64,000 nt of DNA from a virus. Position numbers and translations under genes: made by a program. The DNA is taken from positions 1 to 64,000 of IMG/VR virus record IMGVR_UViG_3300037104_000592; one strand, written 5' to 3'. Positions 29,490-40,160 of this stretch are shown piece by piece. Every line of letters starts with the position of its first letter. Position 1 is the stretch's first letter. The notes beneath the pieces were generated by a model that was given only the letters and a program-made list of their open reading frames with translations, ran no database searches and was not told the DNA's origin.

Positions 29490-29978
29490 ATGAAAAAAAG
29501 TGAAAATAGAAAAATTTTTGAAAACTTTAAAAAAGAACTTGATAAAATAGAAGAAAGATTTAGCGAGTTATCAGCATCTAGAATGAACTTAGAAGACGCA
29601 ATTAAAAATTTTGCATTAAAAATACTTAAGGAAGAAAAAGTTTTAACTAATTATCATTATGGAATAAATTTTAGAAATAAAAAATATTCATTATTTGTTG
29701 ATGAAGATATACGACCAGATTTCAAAAAATTAAAAGAATTATCACTATCAAGTTGGCCGAGTTTTTATATACCCGAAGATATAACAGTAAGTCTCGATGT
29801 AGATGATAATGAGTTATACATTTATGGATTTAAATCATTTCAAAGTTTAATAGATTTTGTAAATGAATATGAGTTAAAGGTTGATTTTTCAAAAATGTAT
29901 GATGAGTCAAAAAATTTAAAAAATGAATTAAGAAGTATAACCAGATTGATTAAAAAATTAAGTCGGGGTAAAAATTAA
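29490..29978 (+). CDS. Hypothetical protein
   Basis: 162-aa ORF. Confidence 0.55.
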   Translation: MKKSENRKIFENFKKELDKIEERFSELSASRMNLEDAIKNFALKILKEEKVLTNYHYGINFRNKKYSLFVDEDIRPDFKKLKELSLSSWPSFYIPEDITVSLDVDDNELYIYGFKSFQSLIDFVNEYELKVDFSKMYDESKNLKNELRSITRLIKKLSRGKN

Positions 29979-29980
29979 AT

Positions 29981-30238
29981 ATGAAAATTACATCAAAATT
30001 TCATTGCTCAACTTGTAAAACTGAAGTTGAGCTTAAAAGAGAATGTAAAATAGGACCAATGTTATTTGAGAGGCATACAAACCGTTGTAGTTGCTCATAT
30101 TGTATGGGTCTAAAAAAGAAAATTGGATTATGGTTACCAGAAGATAAATCTTGGAATAGTTGGAGAGTTATATATTTTAAATTATTTGGATATAATTTTT
30201 ATTTAAGATGGACCCTACCAAAACCTAAAGGATTGTAA
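29981..30238 (+). CDS. Small Zn-ribbon-like protein
   Basis: CSTC...CSCSYC. Confidence 0.5.
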   Translation: MKITSKFHCSTCKTEVELKRECKIGPMLFERHTNRCSCSYCMGLKKKIGLWLPEDKSWNSWRVIYFKLFGYNFYLRWTLPKPKGL

Positions 30239-30239
30239 T

Positions 30240-30437
30240 ATGGGATATAATGGTGAAGATAAATGGGAAATGTATGGAAAAGAATTTAGCACTTCAGTTA
30301 GAACATTATCTGAATTAAAAAGTTTACTTATTAAACACCTTGAAAGTTTTGATGTAAATAAAGCAACTTCTAGTATTAAATCCGAAGATTATAAAATAAC
30401 TAATATTAGATTTTCTATAAAAAGGATATCAAAATGA
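30240..30437 (+). CDS. Hypothetical protein
   Basis: Translationally coupled small ORF. Confidence 0.5.
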   Translation: MGYNGEDKWEMYGKEFSTSVRTLSELKSLLIKHLESFDVNKATSSIKSEDYKITNIRFSIKRISK

Positions 30438-30919
30438 AAAGATGGGGAGTTGGGGTAAACAATTATTATTTTACAGGTTCAATAATTTTAGAAGAAGCAC
30501 CTTGGTATATTTTTCTAATTGAATATTCTATTCATTTTATTTGTCATTGGATTCCGAGAATTCCTCTTTCTAAACATATTAAAATTATACGAGAAGGGGA
30601 AGAATATACTTTAAGAGATTATTATGGAACAACTGGAGATCTTTTTCATATTTATATTTGTAGTCCAATTTTTGAATGGTGTTGGAATAGAATTAAATGG
30701 CAGACTATTTCGTTTCCGTATACTATGTTAAAAGAACAATTTCCTGATAGATTTGAAGATGAAAATGAATATTTAGATAAAGATAGTGATGAAGAAGAAA
30801 AAAAGAATGTAAAAGATAATCTTGAATATTCAACAAAAATAGGTGATGAATTTAAAATTGTATATGATAAACTAAGTAATATATCAACTGTAAGAATGAA
30901 AAAGTTACATTATATATAA
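30434..30919 (+). CDS. Hypothetical protein
   Basis: AAGGA RBS, 161 aa. Confidence 0.55.
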   Translation: MKRWGVGVNNYYFTGSIILEEAPWYIFLIEYSIHFICHWIPRIPLSKHIKIIREGEEYTLRDYYGTTGDLFHIYICSPIFEWCWNRIKWQTISFPYTMLKEQFPDRFEDENEYLDKDSDEEEKKNVKDNLEYSTKIGDEFKIVYDKLSNISTVRMKKLHYI

Positions 30920-30931
30920 GGAGATAAATAA

Positions 30932-31657
30932 ATGCACTTCACAGTTTTAGTTATTGGGGATGATTTTGAATCTCAGCTAGAACCTTTTTGGGAATTGGAT
31001 CTACCAAAAGAAACAATAAAAGATGATTATAGAGCTGAATTTCATTCTGATGTAGTAAAAGAAATATTAGAAGAAGATTTTATAAAATATAAGCAAGAAC
31101 TAAAAAGAGATTGGGTTGATAAAGTAGTTCCTTTAGAAGATGATTATAATACTTTAGATGAATATGCATTAATTCAACATGGATATTATTTTGATGAAAA
31201 AACAAATTCTTATGGGTATTATTTAAATCCTAATTCTAGATGGGATTGGTTTACTGTTGGTGGAAGATGGACTGGTTATTTCAAACTAAAGGAAGGACGA
31301 ACTGGAGATATAGGACAACCAGGAACTGGAAACAATAAACCAATAGAAGGATATGTTGATATAGTTAGAAAAGGCGATATAGATTTTGAAGGAATGACTA
31401 AAGATAGTATAGAAACTGCTAAAAGAAGTTGGGAAGAAGCTAAATCTGAAAAAGATAAAGCAATGAAGAACTTTAGTTATGGTATTGAAGAAAATGACAC
31501 AGAAGAAACATATATAAAAAGAATGTCTAATTTTAAACCCAATTCTATTTTGTATAACGGAGAGTGGATTGAAGATATGCTAGATAGAGAATTTAAAGAA
31601 TTAATAGAAAGAATTCCTAATAATACAATATTGACTATTGTAGATTGTCATATATGA
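30932..31657 (+). CDS. Conserved phage protein (HFTVLV...NPNSRWDW..GGRW...VDCHI family)
   Basis: Characteristic motifs of a common uncharacterised phage family. Confidence 0.7.
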   Translation: MHFTVLVIGDDFESQLEPFWELDLPKETIKDDYRAEFHSDVVKEILEEDFIKYKQELKRDWVDKVVPLEDDYNTLDEYALIQHGYYFDEKTNSYGYYLNPNSRWDWFTVGGRWTGYFKLKEGRTGDIGQPGTGNNKPIEGYVDIVRKGDIDFEGMTKDSIETAKRSWEEAKSEKDKAMKNFSYGIEENDTEETYIKRMSNFKPNSILYNGEWIEDMLDREFKELIERIPNNTILTIVDCHI

Positions 31658-31669
31658 AAAGGTGCTTAA

Positions 31670-31876
31670 ATGGATAAAGAAAAAGAGTTTCATAGTCAAC
31701 CAATTTATAAATGTATTTTACCAAATGAAGTTTGTAAATATTCATGTAGTCTTACAAGAATTGTAGTTTGTTCAAAGAAAGAATCTCCATGTTGGATTGG
31801 GACAAAAGAACATAAAGAATGGGAAAAATTTGTTTTAGGTCCAGATTCACCTGCTAGAGGATATGAATTTTATTAA
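31670..31876 (+). CDS. Small Cys-rich protein
   Basis: AAGGTG RBS; five Cys. Confidence 0.5.
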   Translation: MDKEKEFHSQPIYKCILPNEVCKYSCSLTRIVVCSKKESPCWIGTKEHKEWEKFVLGPDSPARGYEFY

Positions 31877-31884
31877 GGAGGACA

Positions 31885-33681
31885 ATGTCTAAAACTTATA
31901 CATCTAAAGATATAAAAGTAATGGATGAAATTGAGCATATAAGACTTAACAGTGGTATGTATATTGGAGAAACCACTAATCCAGTTCATTTGATAGAAGA
32001 ATGTTTGGATAATGCTTTGGATGAAGCAATTGCTGAATATGCTAAAATAATTGCAATTAATATAAACACCAAAAATAATACTTTTTGTGTGATTGATGAT
32101 GGGAGAGGAATGCCCTTTGATAATGATATAGCAATAACTATTGCAACCAAAATGTTTTCTGGTGGAAAATTCAAAGGATCTAAAACTGCATATGAAGTAT
32201 CAGCAGGAAAGCATGGAATTGGATTAGTTGCTGTAAATGCATTAAGTGAAAATTTCACAATTGAAATATATAGAGATAATAAACATGCTAAATATATATT
32301 TCAAAATGCTATCTTAAAAGAAAAAATAATAGAAAACTTTAAAGATAAAAAACCATTTAGCACTAAAATTCAATTTAATCCATCTAAAAAATATTTTGAA
32401 AGTTTAATTCCTAATATTGATAAGTTAAGAAAAAGATTATTAATATCTTCAGCTGAAATTCCAAATTGCACTTTTATTTTGAATATGGATAAGAAAAGAG
32501 AAATTATTAAACTATCAAAAGGTGAGTTTTTTAAATCTTATTGTATGACAGATGTGGATAAAGAAACATCTCCTGTTATAAATATAGTTTCAACTGACGA
32601 TAAAGAAAAATTTGATATTACATTTGGTTATTCGTTTGATGGTCCAATAACTCCAAAAGTAATATCATCTGTTAATTTACTTCCTGTTGAATCTGGTGGA
32701 ACTCATATAAATTTATTCTTTGATATGGTTAAAGATATATTTACAACTAAAGGGAAAAAATTAAATTTGAAATTTACACCTCAAGATTGCTTATGTGGTT
32801 TAAGGGTTTATTTTTCACTTTATTTGAAAGAACCGGAGTTATCAGGTCAAGTAAAGGATAAGCTAATAAATAGAAAAGAATATTTTGATAAATTAGTTGT
32901 AAAATTAAGAAATCAATTAGATTCATATTTTAATAATAATTCCGAAGTTTTAGAGTCAATGTTAAATTTCTTTGTTGAGATTAGAAGGAAAGTTGACTCT
33001 AAAAAAGTAAAGAGTGAAACTCATGGAAGAAGATCTTCAACTAAATTTACAAAACTAAGAGATTGTTCAGGAATTCATGGAGAGTTGTATGTGGTTGAAG
33101 GAGATTCAGCTGGTGGTGGGTTTATAGATTGTAGAGATGCTAAAAGACATGCTATAATGCCATTAAAGGGAAAAATTCCATCTATTGCGAATAAAGAAGA
33201 TATTTTGAAAAATAATGAAATAAAAGAATTTATTCAAGCGTTGGGTTGTGGTGTCGGTCCAGCTTTTGATATTTCAAAATTAAGATATAATAAAGTAATA
33301 TGTGGAGTAGATCCTGATGCAGATGGGGGTCACATATTTTGTTTATTAACAATTGCTTTAGCAGCTCTAGCACCTGATGTTATAAAAAAAGGCCATTATT
33401 ATTTAGTTCAAGTTCCTCATTATGCATTAATTCATGGAAAAGAATTTACTCCATTATGGACAGCAGAAGAGGTAACTAAATCTAAAAGTCATAAAGGACA
33501 AGTAATACTTGTGAAAGGCTTAGGGCAGCTCAACCCAGATCAATTAAAAGTATGTTGTCTTGATGAAAAAACAAGAAGATTAATTAAAGTTGTATATACA
33601 TCAGATTTAAAGGAAATAATGGAACTTTTTACGAATGTAAATAAAAAAAGAGAACTTTTGAATGGAGAATTAAATGGATAA
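31885..33681 (+). CDS. Type IIA DNA topoisomerase, ATPase/TOPRIM subunit (GyrB/ParE-like)
   Basis: EHIRL.SGMYIG, ECLDNALDE, DDGRGMP, SAGKHGIG, VVEGDSA, PLKGK, DPDADG, KGLG. Confidence 0.95.
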   Translation: MSKTYTSKDIKVMDEIEHIRLNSGMYIGETTNPVHLIEECLDNALDEAIAEYAKIIAININTKNNTFCVIDDGRGMPFDNDIAITIATKMFSGGKFKGSKTAYEVSAGKHGIGLVAVNALSENFTIEIYRDNKHAKYIFQNAILKEKIIENFKDKKPFSTKIQFNPSKKYFESLIPNIDKLRKRLLISSAEIPNCTFILNMDKKREIIKLSKGEFFKSYCMTDVDKETSPVINIVSTDDKEKFDITFGYSFDGPITPKVISSVNLLPVESGGTHINLFFDMVKDIFTTKGKKLNLKFTPQDCLCGLRVYFSLYLKEPELSGQVKDKLINRKEYFDKLVVKLRNQLDSYFNNNSEVLESMLNFFVEIRRKVDSKKVKSETHGRRSSTKFTKLRDCSGIHGELYVVEGDSAGGGFIDCRDAKRHAIMPLKGKIPSIANKEDILKNNEIKEFIQALGCGVGPAFDISKLRYNKVICGVDPDADGGHIFCLLTIALAALAPDVIKKGHYYLVQVPHYALIHGKEFTPLWTAEEVTKSKSHKGQVILVKGLGQLNPDQLKVCCLDEKTRRLIKVVYTSDLKEIMELFTNVNKKRELLNGELNG

Positions 33682-36196
33682 TTTAATCCCAAAACTTTAT
33701 AGGGAATATGGATTATATGTAAATGAGTCTAGAGCATTTCCATTATCACAAGATGGATTAAAACCTGTTGAAAGAAGAATATTATTATCAGCATATCAAG
33801 TTGCAAAAGATAAATTTGTAAAATCTGTAAGAGTTGATGCACATTGTTTGGTTGGAAAAACAAAAATTAAAATAACAAATGGAATAAAAACAATTGAAGA
33901 ATTATATAAAGAAAATTATAGAAATTTCTATATTTTTGGATATGATTTAAAATTAAATAAACCCATTATTACCAAAGCAGATTGTGTTAGTCTGACAAAA
34001 TTTGTTAATAAAATAATAAGAATTACAACGGAGAGTGGTATAATTGAGTGCACAGAAGATCATTTATGGTTAACAAAAGAAGGAGAATATAAAGAAACTA
34101 AAGAATTGATAATAGATGATTCTTTGGAAGTTATGGAATTTGGAATTCCAGATAAAAACAATATATTTAAAAATAATTGGGTTGGCTGTTATCCATATGA
34201 AGTTGTTGAAAACAATGGAAATTTTTATAAAAGTCATTTTTTAGCAGATGAATATAATTGTAAAAATAATTTAGAAATATTATTTGAATTAATTGATGGT
34301 TTTGATAGACATCATAAAGATAAAAATATATTAAATAATGACCCAGATAATATAACAAGAATGATTGTAGGAGATCATTTAAAATTACATTATAATTTTT
34401 GGTTTAATTATAAAAATGGAAAAATATTTTTATCTGAAAACGGAAAAAGAATTCAAAGAGAACATCCAGAAATAGCTAAAGCTCTTGTAGAATTTACTAA
34501 ACAAAAAAGTATAGATGATCCCACATGGCTGAGCAATAATGGAAAAAAATGTTGGAATAATCTTAACGAAGAAGATCGTAAAAAACTTTCAAGAAAAATA
34601 GGAGATGGAATAAGAAAGTTTTATAGAGAAAATGGATCAGAAGAAAAAAGTAAAAAAACAATTGAGTACTGGAAACAAGATTCAGAGTTAGTTAAAATTC
34701 ATAGAGAAAAAAACAGATCAGCTGGGGTAATAACATCAAAAAAGAATTTTGAAAATAACCATAAAATTAAAATATTAAAAACTCTAAAAAAAATTATTGA
34801 TAAAAATTTAGATCTGAATGAAGAAACATATAACTCTAATAGAGAAAAACTTTATCCACTGTATAATAAAATTTTGAAATATTTTAATTCATATGAAGAA
34901 GCAAATGAAGAAGCAAAAAAATATACAAATCATACTATACTAAATATAGAAGAAATTAATTTAGAAACTCCAATTCCAGTGTATGACATAATAAACTCAG
35001 AAAATTACCACAATTTTGTTGTTATGTTTGATGATAATACTGGAGTAATTTCCCATAATTGCTTGGGGCATTTTCATCCTCATTCTACCGTATATCAATC
35101 AATTGTTCAATTAGTTCATCAAGGATTTTTAGATGGTCAAGGAAATTTTGGAAACAATATTGGACTAGAACCGAGTCCAGCGGCTGCTATGCGGTATACT
35201 GAATGTAAACTTTCTAAATTTATTAATAATATAGCTTTTAGATTAATTGATTATGTTCCTTGGGGTGAGTCAGAGTTAGATGATGAACCAGAATATATTC
35301 CATCAATGTTTCCTTTGTGTCTTTTAGGAAAAGAATATACGGTTGGAATTGGATTTGGATATAAAACTTTAATTCCTTGTTATACTCCTGAAGATCTTAA
35401 AAGTAGATTGTTTTATTTATTAGGAAAAACAAAAGAAAAACCTATAATTAAACCAATCACAGATTGTAAGATTTTATCAACTGATAAGGATTTTGAAGAA
35501 TTATTAACAACTGGAAAAGCTGTTATTTCATTTCAAGGAATTCATAAAATTGATAATGTTAAAAGTAAAGCTGTAATAAAAAATTGGCCACCTGGAAAAC
35601 GATTTGAATCTATTTTATCAAAGTTTGATAAAGAATTAACAAATCAAGATATTGGATTTATTGATGAATCATCAAAAGACAATGGTGGAACTCATATAGT
35701 TTTTGAAGTTTTAAAATCTAGAAATAAGAATGATATTTTTAGAACATTTTCTAAAAAGTTAGGGGATGTTTTAAAAGGTTCTATTTCTTTTGAAATGATT
35801 GTAGTTGATTCTGAATCAAGAACTCCAAAATTGATGTCCGTTGATGAGATGTTGCTTAAAACTTATAATATGTATAAAGCAACAAATGAGATAATGTTAA
35901 AGTCTGAAGAAAAAAGATTTAAAGATTTAATAAATGAAAATAAATTGATTCAAAAGATAAAACCATCTTTGTCTAAACAATTACAATCAAAAGAAACTGA
36001 TGTTGATAAAATAATTGATGCAATAAGTGCAGATACATTTATTGATAGAAATGTGGTTAAAGATATTATTCAAAAACATAGAATTTCTAAGTTGTTATCT
36101 GTTAAAAATGATTTGAAAGAACTAGAAATAAGAATAGTAGATATAGTTGATTGTATAAAGAATATAGATAAGTTTGTTTTGAAACAATATACTTAA
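33674..36196 (+). CDS. Type IIA topoisomerase, breakage-reunion subunit (GyrA/ParC/gp52-like), intein-containing
   Basis: SRAFP..DGLKPVERR, FHPH, GQGNFG, AAAMRYTE; 435 aa after splicing, with no C-terminal pinwheel. Confidence 0.93.
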   Translation: MDNLIPKLYREYGLYVNESRAFPLSQDGLKPVERRILLSAYQVAKDKFVKSVRVDAHCLVGKTKIKITNGIKTIEELYKENYRNFYIFGYDLKLNKPIITKADCVSLTKFVNKIIRITTESGIIECTEDHLWLTKEGEYKETKELIIDDSLEVMEFGIPDKNNIFKNNWVGCYPYEVVENNGNFYKSHFLADEYNCKNNLEILFELIDGFDRHHKDKNILNNDPDNITRMIVGDHLKLHYNFWFNYKNGKIFLSENGKRIQREHPEIAKALVEFTKQKSIDDPTWLSNNGKKCWNNLNEEDRKKLSRKIGDGIRKFYRENGSEEKSKKTIEYWKQDSELVKIHREKNRSAGVITSKKNFENNHKIKILKTLKKIIDKNLDLNEETYNSNREKLYPLYNKILKYFNSYEEANEEAKKYTNHTILNIEEINLETPIPVYDIINSENYHNFVVMFDDNTGVISHNCLGHFHPHSTVYQSIVQLVHQGFLDGQGNFGNNIGLEPSPAAAMRYTECKLSKFINNIAFRLIDYVPWGESELDDEPEYIPSMFPLCLLGKEYTVGIGFGYKTLIPCYTPEDLKSRLFYLLGKTKEKPIIKPITDCKILSTDKDFEELLTTGKAVISFQGIHKIDNVKSKAVIKNWPPGKRFESILSKFDKELTNQDIGFIDESSKDNGGTHIVFEVLKSRNKNDIFRTFSKKLGDVLKGSISFEMIVVDSESRTPKLMSVDEMLLKTYNMYKATNEIMLKSEEKRFKDLINENKLIQKIKPSLSKQLQSKETDVDKIIDAISADTFIDRNVVKDIIQKHRISKLLSVKNDLKELEIRIVDIVDCIKNIDKFVLKQYT
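33845..35059 (+). mobile_element. Intein (405 aa) with HNH-type homing endonuclease
   Basis: Starts CLVGKTKI; block B CTEDHLW; PVYDI..YHNF; ends SHN followed by +1 Cys; internal HHKDKNILNNDPDNI..HLKLH. Confidence 0.92.
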
Positions 36197-36208
36197 AAGG
36201 ATTATGTT

Positions 36209-36535
36209 ATGGAAAAGATGAAATTTTACGAATATGAGTGCAAGGATTGTAAAAATGGAAGTTTATTTGTAAACATTCTTTTAAACTATCCTTGTCCTAA
36301 TTGTTTTGATGGAAAAAGAACATGGTTAGATGATATAATTCCTCCATCAAAAAAGAAATATGAGTCATTAAAAAAACATTCTATAAATAAAAACATACAG
36401 GAGTTAGAGTCACGATTAAAACTAGAATGTTCAAAAATTGGAATAGAAACTACATTTGAAGCAATATTTACAAAAGATAATCATAAAACTGTATGTATAA
36501 AAGAAATTTACCCAGATATTGAGGACTTGGATTAA
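36209..36535 (+). CDS. CxxC Zn-finger microprotein (W-x-D family)
   Basis: CKDCKNG..CPNCFDGKRTWLDDII. Confidence 0.65.
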   Translation: MEKMKFYEYECKDCKNGSLFVNILLNYPCPNCFDGKRTWLDDIIPPSKKKYESLKKHSINKNIQELESRLKLECSKIGIETTFEAIFTKDNHKTVCIKEIYPDIEDLD

Positions 36536-36538
36536 ATT

Positions 36539-36889
36539 ATGAATGAAGAATTTGATGAATGTAATCAATGTAAAAATGGAGTTATATATAATAATATAAA
36601 ATTGTCATATCCTTGTCATAATTGTTTTGATGGAAAAAAATCTTGGTTGGATAGTATAATTAAACCACCAAGAGAAAAATATCACCGGTTATATCTTAAA
36701 TATTTCTGGGATAATTTTTATATTTTAAGAAGTGCTATATATAGTGAATGTTCTAAAGTTGGATGTTTTGCAAAAGTTGAAATTGAACCTAGCAGATATG
36801 ATAGAGATTTGAAATTTGTAGTTGATAAATCTGTTGCTATAGAATCTGCTACAAATTATATACTAAATAAGGATAAGGTGAGATTTTGA
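36539..36889 (+). CDS. CxxC Zn-finger microprotein, tandem paralog of 36209
   Basis: CNQCKNG..CHNCFDGKKSWLDSII; shares ECSK(I/V)G with 36209. Confidence 0.65.
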   Translation: MNEEFDECNQCKNGVIYNNIKLSYPCHNCFDGKKSWLDSIIKPPREKYHRLYLKYFWDNFYILRSAIYSECSKVGCFAKVEIEPSRYDRDLKFVVDKSVAIESATNYILNKDKVRF

Positions 36890-36890
36890 A

Positions 36891-37148
36891 ATGCCATATA
36901 TAAAACCAGAACTAAGAAGAAAGTTTGATACATGTTTAACTGAACTTCAATCTAAGATTCTTGAAAAAGGTGAATTAACATATTGTTTATATAAATTATG
37001 TTCATTAGTTTTAAAAACTAAACAATATAATTATGAAAGTTTATCGTCTATTATGTCTTGTTTAGAGGACTCAAAATTAGAGTGGTATAGGAAAAAAATG
37101 GCACCATATGAAAATATGAAGATTGATGAAAATGGAGATATATATTAA
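36891..37148 (+). CDS. Conserved phage protein (MPYIK..R family)
   Basis: MPYIKPELR..GELTY..KLEWYRK..PYE..KI.ENGD. Confidence 0.7.
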   Translation: MPYIKPELRRKFDTCLTELQSKILEKGELTYCLYKLCSLVLKTKQYNYESLSSIMSCLEDSKLEWYRKKMAPYENMKIDENGDIY

Positions 37149-37543
37149 TGAATAAAAAATTTACTGGAATTGGAGTAGATGCTGGAATGATTATGATTTG
37201 TGATGAATCATATTATGAGCAATATAATTATACAAAAGATCCTTTATTAAGTCAAAAGTTTAAACTTAAAAATGGTAATTATAATTGTGATTGGAAGATA
37301 CCAAAGTCTTGGAATGGAAAAGTTGAAGGAAGAGGAATTTTAACTGTAAATTCAGAAAAAGTAATTATTTCTGACCCATGTTATTGTATTGGTGGAAAAA
37401 GTGATGGGTTTCAAACTGATGGTTGGGATAGATGGTTATCTGATACAGATTACGGAAATAATATTCCAATGGGTTGTTTAATTCTTGATAAGATGGGTGG
37501 AGATGGTTGTTATACTGTTCATTTAAAGTTAAAGGAGATATAA
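37148..37543 (+). CDS. Hypothetical protein (GVDAG / SDPCY / GGDG motifs)
   Basis: Motifs typical of a small phage/bacterial family. Confidence 0.6.
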   Translation: MNKKFTGIGVDAGMIMICDESYYEQYNYTKDPLLSQKFKLKNGNYNCDWKIPKSWNGKVEGRGILTVNSEKVIISDPCYCIGGKSDGFQTDGWDRWLSDTDYGNNIPMGCLILDKMGGDGCYTVHLKLKEI

Positions 37544-38232
37544 TGTCTTTAAAAATATCAAAAGGAAATATGTATCCTTGGGTTACACACATGCATGCTC
37601 ATCTGGGTGGAGAATGTAGTCATAAATGTTCTTATTGTTATGTTGATAATCCGATTGGTGGAAGATTGGGTAAATTTCAAGGACCAATAAGATTATTAAA
37701 ACCAGAATTTGATGTAAAATATGGGTCAGAAAAAGCAATTTTTATTGAGCATTGTAATGATCTTTTTGCATCAGATATTCCTGATAATTTCATTGATAAA
37801 ATAATAAAACATACAACACATTATCCAAAAAACTTTTATGTTTTTCAAACAAAAAACCCTATAAGATACAAAGATTTTTTGGATAAATTTCCGCCGAAGT
37901 GTATAGTTGGCTGCACAATTGAAACAAATAGAGATATGAATAAAATATCTAAAGCTCCGAATCCATTTAATAGATATTTGGAAATGAAAGAATTAAGTGG
38001 AAAAATTCAAACATTTATAACTTGTGAACCAATTTTAGATTTTGATATAGAAGTTTTAGCAAACTGGATTGTAAATATTAAACCAGTTTTTGTAAATATT
38101 GGCGCCGATTCAAAAAATCATAATCTTGAAGAACCATCAATTGAAAAGGTTATGGAATTAGGAAAAATGATTTCAGATGCTGGAATTGAAGTAAAGGAAA
38201 AAAGAAATCTCGATAGATTGAGAGGTAAATAA
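37543..38232 (+). CDS. Radical-SAM-like protein (DUF5131/gp37gp68-like)
   Basis: CSHKCSYCY, DLF, FQTKNP, ITCEP; AAGGAG RBS before ATG 37543. Confidence 0.7.
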   Translation: MSLKISKGNMYPWVTHMHAHLGGECSHKCSYCYVDNPIGGRLGKFQGPIRLLKPEFDVKYGSEKAIFIEHCNDLFASDIPDNFIDKIIKHTTHYPKNFYVFQTKNPIRYKDFLDKFPPKCIVGCTIETNRDMNKISKAPNPFNRYLEMKELSGKIQTFITCEPILDFDIEVLANWIVNIKPVFVNIGADSKNHNLEEPSIEKVMELGKMISDAGIEVKEKRNLDRLRGK

Positions 38233-38660
38233 TGTTTACGGTAACTAAAAGCTTTAAAATTCCTATTGGACATCGTCTTAGTTTGCATAAAGGACTTTGC
38301 AATTCAATTCATGGGCATAATTTAAAAATTGATATTGAAATTGTAAGACAAGAATTAAATGAAAATTTTATGGTTATAGATTTTTATGATCTTAAGAAAA
38401 TATCTAATGAAATTATAGATAAATGGGATCATGCTTTATTATTAAATGATACAGATAGGCGTTTTATTGATAATTCAAAGAAGTTAATTAATCCTGAAAA
38501 AGTTTTCTGTCTTTATTTGGGAGATCCAACTTCTGAGAATATGTGTTTTGTATTATATAATTTATTATTTCAAAAATTTAAAGAATTTGATCCTTGGTTG
38601 AGATTAAAATCAGTAACTATATGGGAATCAGATGAATCAAAAGCAAAGTATGAAGGATAA
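38232..38660 (+). CDS. queD: 6-carboxytetrahydropterin synthase
   Basis: HRL..HKGLCNSIHGHN, MVIDF, DHALL, PTSEN, WES. Confidence 0.92.
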   Translation: MFTVTKSFKIPIGHRLSLHKGLCNSIHGHNLKIDIEIVRQELNENFMVIDFYDLKKISNEIIDKWDHALLLNDTDRRFIDNSKKLINPEKVFCLYLGDPTSENMCFVLYNLLFQKFKEFDPWLRLKSVTIWESDESKAKYEG

Positions 38661-38674
38661 AAAAAGGATAAATA

Positions 38675-40102
38675 ATGTCTCAAGATAAAATAATAAGAAA
38701 CTCAGGAATTGTTATACCAAAATCAGTTGTTGGTGCAGATCAGATAACTTACATAAAAGATTTTCTGACTAGAATAGTTCCTTCATATCAAAACTCTCCA
38801 CCAGTAAGATTGAAATTTTATTTGGAAAACGATGAAGCTATTAAAGTTCCTAGATATTTTCCAATACAACATTTTACAGATTCAGAAGTTATTGATATTA
38901 GAAAAGAAGGACAGGATATAGATATAAAACATAATATTGTATTAAGAGATGATTTACAGAAAAATGTTGTAAACTATATGTTAAATAATACTAATGGAAT
39001 TGTTCGTGCTGCACCGGGTTCTGGGAAGACGATTATTGGGGTTTTTGTTGTTTCTGAGTTACGAAAAAAAACAATAATATTAACTCACCGTGATAATTTA
39101 GTGAATCAATGGATTGGACCAGGAACTAAAGAAAAAACTCAAGGATTTCTTGGATTTACAAATATTTCTTCTGATGAAATAGTTAGATTAACTTCATCTA
39201 ACTTTAATGAATGTTTGAAAAAATCAATTATAGTATCTACAACACAAACTATTTTATCTTTACTAAAGAGAAATAGAGATGAATTTCTTTACGAATTAGC
39301 AAATAGTGGTATTGGAATATTAATTTCGGATGAAGCGCATGTTGTAACAGGAGCTCCAACATTTTCTGAATGTTCGTTACATATCCCTGCATATAGAACT
39401 TATGGACTCAGTGCAACGCCATCACGACATGATGGAACGGAAGATGTAATGGAATATCATCTTGGTCCAATTTATTCACCAGAGGGTGCTGCATCGGTTA
39501 TGAATGGTCGTGTTGTAGTTGTTCTATTTGATTCTGGTCTTCTTCCAAAAAGCACAGCGTATATTTATTGGGGTGGAATGTTTCAGAGATCAAGGTATTT
39601 ATCTATTCTTAAAAAATCAAAAATATTTATGAACATTTGTGAAACACTACTAAATAAATTTTATAAAGAAGGTCGAGATATTTTATTTGTTGGGGAAAGA
39701 ATAAAATTATTAGAAGAACTTTTTAAAAGAATTAAATCTAATGATAAAGGATTATTTATTGGAAGTGCTAAATTAGATATGATTGAAAATAAAGTTACTT
39801 TTTCAACTCCTAATAAATGTCGAGATGGTATCGACCTCGTGAGTAAGAATTTAGTTATAATGTCAAGTCCTATAGGTAATGTTGAACAAATGACAGGTAG
39901 AGTTTTAAGAATACAAGAAGGAAAACTTGAACCTATAATAATTGATATGGTTGATATAAATATTCATGAAATCAGTGGAACTTTAAATAAAAGATTGGAT
40001 TTTTATAAAACAAAAAACTGGGATATTAAATATATCTTAGTATCAAGTGATGGAAACAAGAGAGAAATATCTAGTGACGAACTAGAAACAATTTTAAAAT
40101 AA
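38675..40102 (+). CDS. Superfamily II helicase (UvsW/XPB-like)
   Basis: APGSGKT, DEAH, GLSATP.R.DG, DGID, QMTGRVLR. Confidence 0.88.
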   Translation: MSQDKIIRNSGIVIPKSVVGADQITYIKDFLTRIVPSYQNSPPVRLKFYLENDEAIKVPRYFPIQHFTDSEVIDIRKEGQDIDIKHNIVLRDDLQKNVVNYMLNNTNGIVRAAPGSGKTIIGVFVVSELRKKTIILTHRDNLVNQWIGPGTKEKTQGFLGFTNISSDEIVRLTSSNFNECLKKSIIVSTTQTILSLLKRNRDEFLYELANSGIGILISDEAHVVTGAPTFSECSLHIPAYRTYGLSATPSRHDGTEDVMEYHLGPIYSPEGAASVMNGRVVVVLFDSGLLPKSTAYIYWGGMFQRSRYLSILKKSKIFMNICETLLNKFYKEGRDILFVGERIKLLEELFKRIKSNDKGLFIGSAKLDMIENKVTFSTPNKCRDGIDLVSKNLVIMSSPIGNVEQMTGRVLRIQEGKLEPIIIDMVDINIHEISGTLNKRLDFYKTKNWDIKYILVSSDGNKREISSDELETILK

Positions 40103-40105
40103 TCT

Positions 40106-40119
40106 AGAACAAACAAATA
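40106..40119 (+). promoter_or_regulatory. Putative late promoter AGAACAAA (AACA-N6-TA)
   Basis: AGAACAAACAAATA directly after the helicase stop. Confidence 0.5.
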
Positions 40120-40160
40120 TATACATATATTTAAATAAATATATTTAGGAGGACTAGATT

